A DNA stretch of 30,430 bases. It comes from a virus. Taxonomy: Duplodnaviria; Caudoviricetes. Numbering within the stretch: the first letter of the stretch is position 1; each line of letters begins with the position of its first letter. Positions 1 to 9,375 of this stretch are shown one piece after another. The stretch lies in the IMG/VR virus record IMGVR_UViG_3300045540_000020, positions 1 through 30,430 of that record, one strand, 5' to 3'. Under the pieces are notes generated by a model, which saw only the letters and a program-made list of their open reading frames with translations, did no database searches and was not told where the DNA came from. Made by a program: the position numbers and the translations under genes.

Positions 1-54
1 CAAGCTGATATTGTTCTTAAAGCAATTAAAGAGATTGGGAACATTACACGATGA
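1..54 (+). CDS. 3' end of an upstream gene, probably the portal protein (partial)
   Basis: Frame 1 is open (QADIVLKAIKEIGNITR*) and ends in an ATGA overlap with the next ORF. Identity rests only on its position before scaffold and capsid. Confidence 0.45.
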   Translation, partial: QADIVLKAIKEIGNITR

Positions 55-281
55 ACAAAGCAGACTGGGCTAATAACCTGACACTTGATCCTAACTGGCA
101 GGAGTTGATGTCAGAGCTGAGATCGGTAGAGTTAGCTAAGTTTACTAATAGCGACTATCACGATGTAGAGGCCAGAGAACAGGCTTACATTAGATTGAGA
201 ACGCTAGAGAGTATTACTGACCACTTGGAAGGGCTGAAAGCTCAGAAAGCCATTGACAAGAAGCGTTGGAAGATTTTGTAG
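51..281 (+). CDS. Small head-module hypothetical protein
   Basis: 76 aa helical ORF, ATGA-coupled to the upstream gene, lying between the putative portal and scaffold. Confidence 0.7.
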   Translation: MNKADWANNLTLDPNWQELMSELRSVELAKFTNSDYHDVEAREQAYIRLRTLESITDHLEGLKAQKAIDKKRWKIL

Positions 282-322
282 TCTGACATGGCAGTTCCAT
301 GTAAAATTAAGGAAATAACAAC

Positions 323-1303
323 ATGAGCGAAACGACTAGCGCGACACCTGAATCAGGTAGCGGAGAGTTGACAGTAAACGAAGCGGCTAACGCTTTCATG
401 GGTTTAATGGGTAGTGACGAAGGCTCCGACGAAGGACAACCAGAAGCACAGGCTCAATCCGATGAGGACGAAGGCGAAGAACCAGAGGAAGAATCTAGCG
501 ATGATTCTGAAGGTGAAGAACAGGAAGATAGCGAACAAGAAGAACAGGAACGTACTTACCGTGTGAAGGCTGCCGGTGAAGAAAAGGACGTTACCCTCGA
601 CGAGCTTGTTAAGAATTATCAACTTGGCGCTGACTATACGAAAAAATCGCAGGCTGTAGCTGAAGAACGCAAGGTTGTTCAGGCCGAATACCAGGCGATT
701 CAAGAGGCGAAGCAACTGAGAGATCAGTATGCACAGCGACTCCAGGTGACTGAGCAGATGCTTTCACGTGGGGAAGAACCAGAGAATCTTGACTACTTGA
801 AGGAGACCGATCCAATCGGTTACGCCGTTAAGGTAGCGGAACTCTCACAAAAGGAAAAACAAATTGCTCAGGTACGTGCAGAACAAGCACGAATCAATGC
901 ACAGCAAGAGCAAGATAGGCAGCAGTGGATGTCTAACCTAGTCCGGCAGGAATCGGAAAAGTTAGCAACTGTGTTACCTGACTATGTTGATCCTGAAAAG
1001 GGTGAGTCACTGAGAAAGTCAGTGCGCTCATACGGTAAAGAGTTAGGGTTTTCAGATGAGGAATTGGCAAGCGTTGTTGATTCTCGTCACGTTATTACGT
1101 TATATAAGGCTATGCAGTACGACAAGCTACAAGCGTCGAAGCCTGCTATCAATAAGAAACTAGCTGAAGCCCCGAAAGTTATGAAGTCGGGAGTCTCGCA
1201 GTCTCGAGATACCAATAACGAGCAGTATAAGAAACAGAAAGCTAAGGCTAGGTCTACCGGAAGGGTAGCTGACGCTGCGGCACTATTTGAACGATTTATT
1301 TAA
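323..1303 (+). CDS. Capsid scaffolding protein
   Basis: Very acidic N-terminus, VTLDELVKNYQLGADYTKKSQ motif, Q/E coiled coil, basic C-terminus; AAGGA RBS; immediately upstream of the capsid gene. Confidence 0.85.
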   Translation: MSETTSATPESGSGELTVNEAANAFMGLMGSDEGSDEGQPEAQAQSDEDEGEEPEEESSDDSEGEEQEDSEQEEQERTYRVKAAGEEKDVTLDELVKNYQLGADYTKKSQAVAEERKVVQAEYQAIQEAKQLRDQYAQRLQVTEQMLSRGEEPENLDYLKETDPIGYAVKVAELSQKEKQIAQVRAEQARINAQQEQDRQQWMSNLVRQESEKLATVLPDYVDPEKGESLRKSVRSYGKELGFSDEELASVVDSRHVITLYKAMQYDKLQASKPAINKKLAEAPKVMKSGVSQSRDTNNEQYKKQKAKARSTGRVADAAALFERFI

Positions 1304-1314
1304 AGGAAATAATC

Positions 1315-2259
1315 ATGCCTACATATCAAACATCTACCGCTATCGGTATGCGCGAGGACTTGTCCGACATCATCTATAATATCTCGCCTACTGAGACCCC
1401 AATCATGTCGTCGATTGGTCGTACCAAAGCTACCGCTGTTTACCACGAGTGGCAGACTGACTCGCTGGCCGCTGCTACCACTGCTAATGCAGCAGTCGAG
1501 GGCGCAGATGCAACGTCTGCAACGATGGCTCCTACGACCCGCGTTGGTAACTATACGCAAATCCTGCAAAAAACTGTCCAAGTTTCCGGCACTCTGGAGA
1601 CTGTCAACAAAGCAGGCCGTAAGTCTGAGAAGGCTTATCAACTGTCGAAGGCTTCGCAAGAACTGAAGCGTGATCTGGAAACCATCATCACGGCTAACCA
1701 AGGCAAGTCGGCTGGTACGTCTACGGTTGCTCGCACTATGGGTTCGCTGCTGTCGTGGATCAAGACTAACTCGTCGCAAGGTAGTGGTGGTTCGGCTCCT
1801 GCAACTTCCGGTACTTCGACCCGTACTGATGGTACGCAGCGTACTGCTACCGAAGCACTGCTCAAGACTGTTATCGCTTCGATCTTTGATGCGGGTGGCA
1901 ATCCTAAAGCTGTGTTTGTTGGCTCGGCTGGTAAGCAGAAGATGTCGACGTTTGCTGGTATCGCTGTCAATCGTTATCAGATCACCAAGCCTGAGGCTGG
2001 CGTGATTATCGGTGCTGCTGACATTTATCAGTCGGACTTCGGTCAACTGTCTATCGTGCCTGATCGTTTCATGCGTTCACGCGACATGCTGATCCTTGAT
2101 CCTGAGTACGCTGCTATGGCTTTCCTGCGCCCATTCATGACGAATGAATTGGCTAAGGCTGGCGATAGCGACAAGACTCAGATTCTTGCTGAAGTCACGC
2201 TGGAAGTGAAGAACGAAGCTGCTCACGGTATCGTGGCTGACTTGGACTTCTCACTGTAA
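1315..2259 (+). CDS. Major capsid protein (HK97 fold; DUF5309/SU10-like)
   Basis: REDLSDIIYNISPTETP, HEWQTDSL, NYTQI, ELKRDLE and LEVKNEAAHG motifs; AAAGGA RBS; followed by a terminator. Confidence 0.9.
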   Translation: MPTYQTSTAIGMREDLSDIIYNISPTETPIMSSIGRTKATAVYHEWQTDSLAAATTANAAVEGADATSATMAPTTRVGNYTQILQKTVQVSGTLETVNKAGRKSEKAYQLSKASQELKRDLETIITANQGKSAGTSTVARTMGSLLSWIKTNSSQGSGGSAPATSGTSTRTDGTQRTATEALLKTVIASIFDAGGNPKAVFVGSAGKQKMSTFAGIAVNRYQITKPEAGVIIGAADIYQSDFGQLSIVPDRFMRSRDMLILDPEYAAMAFLRPFMTNELAKAGDSDKTQILAEVTLEVKNEAAHGIVADLDFSL

Positions 2260-2266
2260 TGAAACT

Positions 2267-2294
2267 AGCCCCTGACTTCGGTTGGGGGCTTTTT
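2267..2294 (+). terminator. Rho-independent terminator after the major capsid gene
   Basis: AGCCCCTGAC-TTCG-GTTGGGGGCT stem (10 bp, 2 G-U, cUUCGg loop) followed by TTTT. Confidence 0.85.
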
Positions 2295-2304
2295 ATAAAG
2301 ACTA

Positions 2305-2604
2305 ATGACAAACTTTCGACATCAAAAAGTTCATGCAGATGGTGATGGCGGTATTATCATCGAGACTAACCAAGACATTAGCGATATTCTCGCTAGGAAC
2401 AAGGTACTCCAAGAGGTAGATAAGGCTAGGACAGGCGCAACAGATGACTTGCATTTGATTGGTTCCATACCGTTTACAGCGATTGATAAGCTAAACACTA
2501 TGGGCATCATGCGAGGATTTGCGATTATGGATGACAAGGCATTTAGAAGTTGGCTCAATCATCCTGACCAAGCTGGTTTGAAAATTTATCGGGGGACTGT
2601 ATGA
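2305..2604 (+). CDS. Hypothetical phage protein
   Basis: 99 aa ORF with ATGA overlap to the next gene. Confidence 0.7.
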   Translation: MTNFRHQKVHADGDGGIIIETNQDISDILARNKVLQEVDKARTGATDDLHLIGSIPFTAIDKLNTMGIMRGFAIMDDKAFRSWLNHPDQAGLKIYRGTV

Positions 2605-3275
2605 GAGTTGGCGTTTGTGTACCATGTCGTGATGAGGTTCATACTGGGTTCGCATTTGATTTTGCCCGTATGTGTGCGCATGATGCTTCAGTTAGATGCA
2701 AGGACGGTAAGGGCGGTTTAAGCCTTTATACAATGCCTGGCACGTTGATATTCGACCAGCGTGAGAAGTTAGCGCAGGTGGCTTTAAAAGAGGGCTGTGA
2801 CGCTGTTCTGTTTATTGATAGCGACATGAGATTCCCGCATGATTTGATTACGATTATGTTGAGCCGAGAGGTGGACATAGTTGGTGTGAACGCAGTGACA
2901 AGACGTAGACCATCATTCCCTACCGCTAAGTTATTGGTTAAGAGTGAGGATGAAAAGGGTATTCGGCATCATTGGTCTAATGTTGATTCACGCGGCAAAG
3001 AAGGTATTGAGGTCGTTACTGCTGTTGGATTTGGTGCGGTACTGATCCGTAAGAAAGTATTTGAAACACTGACAGCGCCGTGGTTTGACGCTGGATGGGG
3101 GCCAACGGGTGTTGTGGGTGAAGATGTGTTCTTCTGTGTAAAGGCTGGTGATGCAGGTATTGATACCTATGTCGATCATGAGCTTTCAATGCACATTAAA
3201 CACATTGGCACACACGAATATAGTTGGAATGACGTGGATGATAAAGCCTTAAGGGGCGATAATGGCACTAACTAG
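2601..3275 (+). CDS. GT-A fold (family 2-like) glycosyltransferase
   Basis: N-terminal beta strand VGVCVP, DxD motif in LFIDSDMRFP, GFGAVLIRKKVFE, GEDVFFC and a C-terminal HIG. Confidence 0.8.
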   Translation: MRVGVCVPCRDEVHTGFAFDFARMCAHDASVRCKDGKGGLSLYTMPGTLIFDQREKLAQVALKEGCDAVLFIDSDMRFPHDLITIMLSREVDIVGVNAVTRRRPSFPTAKLLVKSEDEKGIRHHWSNVDSRGKEGIEVVTAVGFGAVLIRKKVFETLTAPWFDAGWGPTGVVGEDVFFCVKAGDAGIDTYVDHELSMHIKHIGTHEYSWNDVDDKALRGDNGTN

Positions 3276-3876
3276 CTATTCTGACTTAACTAGCACCATC
3301 TCCAGCTATCTAGCTCGTAGCGACTTAGATAGCATTATCCCCACGTTTATCTCTTTGGCAGAGCAGCGCCTACGTAGAGAGCTGCGTATTCGGCAAATGC
3401 TAGTGATTGCCCAGGCTACTACTACAGGCGGTGATTCTACTGTTGGATTGCCTAGTGATTACTTAGAGATGCGTGATATTCATATTGCTGCTAATCCTAA
3501 TGGCACGCTTGTTTACGATACGCCTAACTCGTTTTATAAAAAGACTATTTCAACAGAATCAGGGCAGCCCAAGCGTTACACGGTACTAGCTTCTGAGTTG
3601 CAATTGGGGCCAGTGCCTGACGGTGCTTATGTCTTGCAAATGCTGTACTACGCGCAACCTGCTTTCTTAAGCTCTACGAATCCTAGCAATGTTTTTATGG
3701 CTAACTGTCCTGACGCTTTGCTTTATGCTGCGTTAGGTGAGGCAGAACCGTATCTAATGAATGATGTGCGACTACAGACATGGGGTACGTTGTACGAGAG
3801 AGCTATTGCAGCTATTAACGTCGCAGATGATTCTGGCGAATATAGCGGTCAACCAATGTCCATGTCTTTTAATTAA
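3262..3876 (+). CDS. Putative head-tail adaptor protein
   Basis: 204 aa with FISLAEQRLRRELR, LPSDYLEMR and PDALLYAAL motifs; position after the capsid gene. Confidence 0.65.
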   Translation: MALTSYSDLTSTISSYLARSDLDSIIPTFISLAEQRLRRELRIRQMLVIAQATTTGGDSTVGLPSDYLEMRDIHIAANPNGTLVYDTPNSFYKKTISTESGQPKRYTVLASELQLGPVPDGAYVLQMLYYAQPAFLSSTNPSNVFMANCPDALLYAALGEAEPYLMNDVRLQTWGTLYERAIAAINVADDSGEYSGQPMSMSFN

Positions 3877-3884
3877 GGATTATT

Positions 3885-4271
3885 ATGGCTGAAATGTCTA
3901 ACTATTTAGAGAACGCGTTAATTAATGTGACTCTACGCGCAACTAGCTACACGGCTCCTGCTGCTGTATATGTTGGTTTATATACAAGTGACCCTACTGA
4001 CGCAGATGCTGGCACTGAGGTCTCAGGTGGCTCTTATGCTCGTGTTGCTGCTACCTTTGGCGCTCCTAGTAATGGTGCAACAAATAACACAGCAGCTATT
4101 GAATTCCCACAAGCTACAGCATCATGGGGTACTGTAGGATGGATCGGTATTCTTGACGCATCTACTACTGGAAACCTTTTGTATCATTCGCCACTTGATG
4201 TAAGTAAGGCTATTGATACTGGCGATGTGTTTAAGATTGCTATTGGTAACCTGACTGTTACGCTTGCATAA
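3885..4271 (+). CDS. Virion structural protein
   Basis: MSNYLENAL, YVGLYTSDP, EVSGGSYAR and FPQATASWGT motifs typical of a small beta-rich phage virion protein; AAGGA RBS. Confidence 0.7.
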   Translation: MAEMSNYLENALINVTLRATSYTAPAAVYVGLYTSDPTDADAGTEVSGGSYARVAATFGAPSNGATNNTAAIEFPQATASWGTVGWIGILDASTTGNLLYHSPLDVSKAIDTGDVFKIAIGNLTVTLA

Positions 4272-4861
4272 TGGCTGACATCTGCGGCCCATTCACGCTT
4301 GAGGACTTAGACCAATTTGGTACGCTTGATGCGTTGCCATTTTCGCTAGATAGTAGCGTATGGGAAAGTGCTAACACTTGCATTATGTTTTTTGCAGGTG
4401 CGGTGAATGGTGCAGCGAATGTAACTGCGGCTCCTACTAGAATCACATTAGATTCTGCTGCTATTAATGGAGCTGCCACAGTATCAGGATTGGGTGGACT
4501 AGTCCTTTCTGGCTCTGGAAGTATTACAGCAAATGGAACAGTAACTGCTGATAGTGTACGAATACGTGATGCTACTGCTAGCATTACTGGCGATGCTGAA
4601 ATTACTGCATTAGGTGGTGTAATTTATAACGGAACTGCTTATATTGATGCTGAAGCTGTAATCGTTTGTTATCCAAATGCAATATGGTCTGGTGATAGCG
4701 CCATAATTTCAAATGCTACTGTGTCTACTATAGGCTACATTTATGGCGAAGAATGGTCAGATGTAACTGAAGAATCTAATACTTGGAGTATTGTTTCTGC
4801 TAATAGCAATACATGGACTAACGTACCTGCTGGAACTAATACATGGCTAAGACAAAACTAG
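4271..4861 (+). CDS. Ala/Thr/Gly/Ser-rich virion protein
   Basis: 196 aa, TAATG coupling, repetitive beta-strand composition, C-terminal NTW repeats. Confidence 0.65.
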   Translation: MADICGPFTLEDLDQFGTLDALPFSLDSSVWESANTCIMFFAGAVNGAANVTAAPTRITLDSAAINGAATVSGLGGLVLSGSGSITANGTVTADSVRIRDATASITGDAEITALGGVIYNGTAYIDAEAVIVCYPNAIWSGDSAIISNATVSTIGYIYGEEWSDVTEESNTWSIVSANSNTWTNVPAGTNTWLRQN

Positions 4862-6267
4862 CATTTGGTGAGTGGCTGCCAGACCAGCCTGGCATTACAG
4901 GTGCGTTGACTGACGCTAATAATTGCATTGCTGTTGCTACTGGCTACGCTCCTTTAGGTGCTGAAGCAGAATATAGTACCGCTGCTGGTCAAACTTTAGT
5001 GACTACATTTGCCGGTAAGTTTGCCGGATTATCTACGTTGTTTGCAGGTGGTTCTACTAATCTGTTTAAGTACGATAGTGGCGATAGAGGTCTTGACGCT
5101 TTAACGACGACAGGATACTCAACTACATTATTTTGGGATGTTACTCAGTTTGGCTCTGAGATGATTGTAGCTAATGGCACTGAAAAGCTACAGGCTTATA
5201 CGTTAAATGTAATAGGTGAAACATTCAGTGATTTGTCTGCTGACGCTCCTACTGCTAAGTATGTGACGGTAGTTCGAGACTTTGTGGTGGCTGCAAATGT
5301 TGAGGATTATGAGAACAAGGTTTATTGGTCTGACATCAACGACGAAACAAACTGGACACCTGGCGCAACAAGCCAAGCAGACACACAGGTAATCGCTGAT
5401 GGTGGTGACATTAAAGGTTTAACGGGTGGTGAGTACGGATTAGTGCTGCTTGAAAAAGCCATTTTCCGTATGTCCTATATAGGTAGCCCGTTGTTTTTCC
5501 AATTTGACGCTATTTCACGCAGTTTAGGCTGTATTTCTAGCGGTAGTGTGACGCAATACAACGGTTTGACGTACTTTTTGGCTACAGACGGTTTCTATGT
5601 GTGCGATGGTCAGACGGTTAAGTCGATTAGCGCAGGAAAGATAGACCGTTGGTTCTTTGATATTGCCAATACAGGTCAACTTGACCAAATGTCTAGTACT
5701 GTTGACCCAGTTAAGCGGTTAATTGTCTGGTCATTCAAGGATAATTTCGCTAATACCAATGTTTTGATCTATAGCATTGACTTCGGTAAGTGGTCGCATG
5801 GTGATACTACTGCTGACGCTATCTCTATTGTCATTACTCCAGCGGTAACGCTTGAGGGATTAGACCTTTTCAGCTCCAGTATTGATGCCTTGACGGTATC
5901 GCTTGATGATCGTCAGTGGGATGGCGGCCAATCATTGTTTGCTGGTGTACAAGGTCAGAAAATCATTACGTTTGGCGGTACTAACAAGCAATGCTCGATT
6001 GTTACTAATGATATTGATAACGGCAGGTCTGTGATTACCGCTGTTAGACCCATTATTGACAATGGAACGGCTGACATCTCAATCTGCAATAGAAACTTGC
6101 TAGGAGACCCGATAGCGTTTACTGCTGCTGTTAGTACAGATAGCGAAGGAAAAGCCTCTATGCGCGTTCCTGGTCGTTATATGAGGGTAAAGGCGTCTCC
6201 TGTTGGTAGTGCGTGGAAAACTGCCGTAGGGATGGAAGTTGATATTGTTACGCAAGGTCTGAGATGA
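4843..6267 (+). CDS. Tail nozzle / head-closure protein (P22 gp10-like)
   Basis: 474 aa beta-rich; FGEWLPDQP start, VYWSDINDETNW and SLGC motifs; lies before the ejection genes. Confidence 0.65.
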   Translation: MAKTKLAFGEWLPDQPGITGALTDANNCIAVATGYAPLGAEAEYSTAAGQTLVTTFAGKFAGLSTLFAGGSTNLFKYDSGDRGLDALTTTGYSTTLFWDVTQFGSEMIVANGTEKLQAYTLNVIGETFSDLSADAPTAKYVTVVRDFVVAANVEDYENKVYWSDINDETNWTPGATSQADTQVIADGGDIKGLTGGEYGLVLLEKAIFRMSYIGSPLFFQFDAISRSLGCISSGSVTQYNGLTYFLATDGFYVCDGQTVKSISAGKIDRWFFDIANTGQLDQMSSTVDPVKRLIVWSFKDNFANTNVLIYSIDFGKWSHGDTTADAISIVITPAVTLEGLDLFSSSIDALTVSLDDRQWDGGQSLFAGVQGQKIITFGGTNKQCSIVTNDIDNGRSVITAVRPIIDNGTADISICNRNLLGDPIAFTAAVSTDSEGKASMRVPGRYMRVKASPVGSAWKTAVGMEVDIVTQGLR

Positions 6268-7064
6268 CACAGTTTAGAACGCTTCCTCCGTTTGGTGGGG
6301 ATCAGCGAGCTGTCGCAGAAGTAGTGCGAGGCATCATGGACGGAAAAACCAATAATACTGGCTCCGTTACGTTGGCTACTGGTGGCGCTACTAGTACAAC
6401 AATCTACAATGAGCGCATAGGCTACGATAGTGTAATTCTATTAACTCCTACTGCATTGGTATCGTCAACATCTTATGTTCCGTATGGTGGCTTCCAAGAT
6501 GACACAGATCAAACTATTGCGAGTACGACAACTGCTTATCCAATGGAGTTAAAGACTACGGATTACGCGTTAGGTACGTCAATAGTAGATAACTCAAAGA
6601 TTAAAGTTGATTATTCTGGATTATATAATATTCAATTTAGTGCGCAATTTGCTAATACTGACTCTCAGATTCAAGATATTAGTATATGGTTCCGCAAGAA
6701 TGGAACAGATGTAGCTGCATCAAATAGTGAATTTTCTATTACTGAAAGACATGGCTCAATTGACGGCACATTGATTGCTGCACTTAATTTTTTCTTGCCA
6801 ATGGCTAAAAATGATTATGCGCAAATAATGTGGCGTGCTTCAAACGTCGCAGTGTCACTACAAAACATTCCAACGCAGACAAGCCCAACAAGACCGTCTA
6901 CGCCATCAGTTATTGCAACAATTCAACACGTTTCCTCTAATGGATACACAAGCAATACATTTGAAGACCCATTTGTAAGCTCAACATCGCAAGGTAGCGC
7001 TGTTATTACTCACGCAGCAAATACAGTAGCAGGGAGAACCTACGATTATGTTATTGTTGGCTAA
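6264..7064 (+). CDS. Virion protein with an internal C1q/BclA-like beta-sandwich
   Basis: 266 aa; the central YGGFQD...GLYNIQFSAQF...IWFRKNG...DYAQIMW pattern resembles a jelly-roll domain. Confidence 0.6.
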   Translation: MTQFRTLPPFGGDQRAVAEVVRGIMDGKTNNTGSVTLATGGATSTTIYNERIGYDSVILLTPTALVSSTSYVPYGGFQDDTDQTIASTTTAYPMELKTTDYALGTSIVDNSKIKVDYSGLYNIQFSAQFANTDSQIQDISIWFRKNGTDVAASNSEFSITERHGSIDGTLIAALNFFLPMAKNDYAQIMWRASNVAVSLQNIPTQTSPTRPSTPSVIATIQHVSSNGYTSNTFEDPFVSSTSQGSAVITHAANTVAGRTYDYVIVG

Positions 7065-7462
7065 TGGAAACTAAATACATTACTCCGCAAGAGCTAAGGT
7101 CGTGGTGGCCTTCCGTTAGACCAGGACTAGAGAATGTTAAGACGAAAAGCCCTGAAGATTGGATTGTTGAGGATGTATATGTAGATTGCTATAACGGTAG
7201 ATCGATGCTTTGGGCGTTAATTGATAACAGTAGAGTTATAGGATATTGGGTATTACAGCCAGACGGCGATAAATTGCACGTTTGGGCTGGTTGGTCGTTA
7301 GAAAATAGACATGATAACCTTGAAAATGGATTAAAATACATAAAAGAGGTTGCGCGTCAAGGTGGAGCGAAATACATAACATTTTCTAGCCATCGAAAAG
7401 GCTGGATTAAGAGGGCAAAGAGTCTTGGATTTAGCCCTAGAACATGGATAAGTGAGGTTTGA
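7064..7462 (+). CDS. Putative GNAT-like virion assembly protein
   Basis: 132 aa alpha/beta ORF ending FSSHRKGW; sits where podoviruses place a small acetyltransferase-like gene ahead of ejection proteins. Confidence 0.5.
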   Translation: METKYITPQELRSWWPSVRPGLENVKTKSPEDWIVEDVYVDCYNGRSMLWALIDNSRVIGYWVLQPDGDKLHVWAGWSLENRHDNLENGLKYIKEVARQGGAKYITFSSHRKGWIKRAKSLGFSPRTWISEV

Positions 7463-7463
7463 T

Positions 7464-8768
7464 ATGGCTGGTGGATCACAAGGTTCTACATTTACTCCAA
7501 CAGAGACAACTCTTGATCCTACGCTGCGTCCTTATGTTGACACAGCGCTAAGTGAGGCAGAGAGGCTTCGTCAAGCTGGTGGCCCTGCTTACTATGGTGG
7601 TGAGACCTACGTTAAGCCTAGCGCACAAACGCAAGTAGCATTATTTCAGGCACAGCAACGTGCAGCTAAAGGTAGCCCGTTACTCAAAGGCGCTCAAAGC
7701 ACTGTACAGGGTCTCATGGGTACTCAAAGCCCGTATGAGTCGCAGTATGCTGGCATGGCTGGACAAACTAGCAAGTACGGGTCTGTATTTGATCAGATTG
7801 GTCAGGCTGAAAGCCCGTATCAGCAGCAATTCTCAAACATGGCTCAAAACGCCTACGTTGATCCTAATCAATCCTTCTATGAAGGAATGCGTGGCGGTGC
7901 AATGCAGAATGAGGCATTGGCTGGCACTCGCGCAACATCACAAGGTGCGTATCTTGGCGGTAGTCCTTATCTTGAGGGTGCATTAGGCCAGGCTAATCGT
8001 CTAACGGCAGAATCGTTGCAAGAAGGTATCCGTGGTCTGCAAAGCAAGACATCATTAGCAGGTCGTTATGGTTCTGGTGCAGAGCAGCAATTAGCTGGCA
8101 AGATGGGTGATGCTGCGGCTCGTGCTTTGGCTGAACAGAATCAACAAGCATATCTGCAAAACTACCAGCAAGAGCGTGCATTGCAAGAACAAGCACTGCA
8201 ATCTCTTGGCGGCCTATCGCAACAAGGTTTTGTCAATCAACTCACAGGCGCTCAAGGTCTTGGCACTGCTGCACAGCAAGCCTATGCTAATCAAATGGGT
8301 GCTACACAAGCAGCTCAAGGTGTTTACGGCTCCGATCTTGCTAACCGTATGGCTGCGGCTCAAGCAGGTCAGAATGTGTACCAGAGTGATTATGCTAACC
8401 AAATGGCTGCACTGGCTGGCGCTCAAGGCGTAAGAGGCGAGGATATAGCTACACGTATGGCTGCTGCTGGCATGGCTCCTGGTCTTGCTGCTGCTGACTA
8501 TGCTGATCTTGATAGATTGATGGCTGTTGGTCAGGCTCAAGAAGGCTACACAGCGGCTCAACAGGCTGCTGATAAGGCTCGTTACGATTACACAGCACAG
8601 TTACCGTATCAAACGCTGCAAAACTATGGTGCATTTATCACTGGCTTACCGCGTGGTGGTATTACTAAAGAATACGTTGCTCCTAAGACTGCGGCTGAAC
8701 AAGCTGCTGCGGCTGCTAGCTCCGGTCAATACAGCGACACCGGCTGGACTTCTGCAATTAAAAGATAA
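7464..8768 (+). CDS. Internal virion / DNA ejection protein
   Basis: Gln/Ala/Gly-rich, helical, AGRYGSG motif. The ATG at 7464 follows GAGGT and is preferred over the GTG at 7452. Confidence 0.65.
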   Translation: MAGGSQGSTFTPTETTLDPTLRPYVDTALSEAERLRQAGGPAYYGGETYVKPSAQTQVALFQAQQRAAKGSPLLKGAQSTVQGLMGTQSPYESQYAGMAGQTSKYGSVFDQIGQAESPYQQQFSNMAQNAYVDPNQSFYEGMRGGAMQNEALAGTRATSQGAYLGGSPYLEGALGQANRLTAESLQEGIRGLQSKTSLAGRYGSGAEQQLAGKMGDAAARALAEQNQQAYLQNYQQERALQEQALQSLGGLSQQGFVNQLTGAQGLGTAAQQAYANQMGATQAAQGVYGSDLANRMAAAQAGQNVYQSDYANQMAALAGAQGVRGEDIATRMAAAGMAPGLAAADYADLDRLMAVGQAQEGYTAAQQAADKARYDYTAQLPYQTLQNYGAFITGLPRGGITKEYVAPKTAAEQAAAAASSGQYSDTGWTSAIKR

Positions 8769-8776
8769 GGAATACT

Positions 8777-9373
8777 ATGGCTGACCCAATTACACTAGCT
8801 GCTGTCGGTTCTGCAATGAGCGCTCCTGCTGCCGTTGCTGCCGCGACTCCTTTCACTATGGGTGCTATGGGTGCTGCTGGCGCTGCTGGTGCTGCTGGTG
8901 CTACTACTGCCGCTATGGGTGCAGGTGCAGGTGCGCTTGGAACTATGGGAGCAGTAGGTGCTAATCCACTAATTACAGCAGGAACTAATGCTGCACTAGC
9001 AGGAAATAGTTTGTTAAGTACGGCTGGAAATGCTGCTGCTGCAAATATCATCCCGACTCAAGTATTCCCTGCTGCTCTATCTTCCACTAATCCTGCATTT
9101 GTTGGGCCACAGACATTTATGGGGCCACAAGCGCCTACATTCATGCAGTCTGCTATTAACACAGGTCAAAACATTCAAGGATTGATGTCTGAGAATCCTG
9201 CATTAACTAGCGTTGCTAAACAAGCTGCTGGTGGAATGATGCAGCCTCCACCACCACGACAAGTATTGCAAGCACCACCAATTCAAAGCGGTCAATTCGC
9301 TCCTGTAGACTTTATGAGCTTACTTAGCCAAAAGCCACCACAGATGCAGCGTCGCACTTCACTGTTAGGATAA
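8777..9373 (+). CDS. Gly/Ala-rich ejection (pilot) protein
   Basis: MADPIT start, long hydrophobic GAAGAAG stretch, AAGGA RBS. Confidence 0.6.
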   Translation: MADPITLAAVGSAMSAPAAVAAATPFTMGAMGAAGAAGAAGATTAAMGAGAGALGTMGAVGANPLITAGTNAALAGNSLLSTAGNAAAANIIPTQVFPAALSSTNPAFVGPQTFMGPQAPTFMQSAINTGQNIQGLMSENPALTSVAKQAAGGMMQPPPPRQVLQAPPIQSGQFAPVDFMSLLSQKPPQMQRRTSLLG

Positions 9374-9375
9374 TT

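Noticed and set aside
1300-2046. 248 aa antisense ORF, and similar shadow ORFs such as 404-715, 4258-4584, 8214-8561, 8758-9051 and 29025-29288
   Set aside because: They lie opposite well-supported genes, show no recognisable motifs, and are explained by codon bias on the coding strand.
2240-2304. Programmed frameshift or read-through extension of the major capsid protein
   Set aside because: No slippery heptamer; tandem stops TAA TGA are followed immediately by a terminator.
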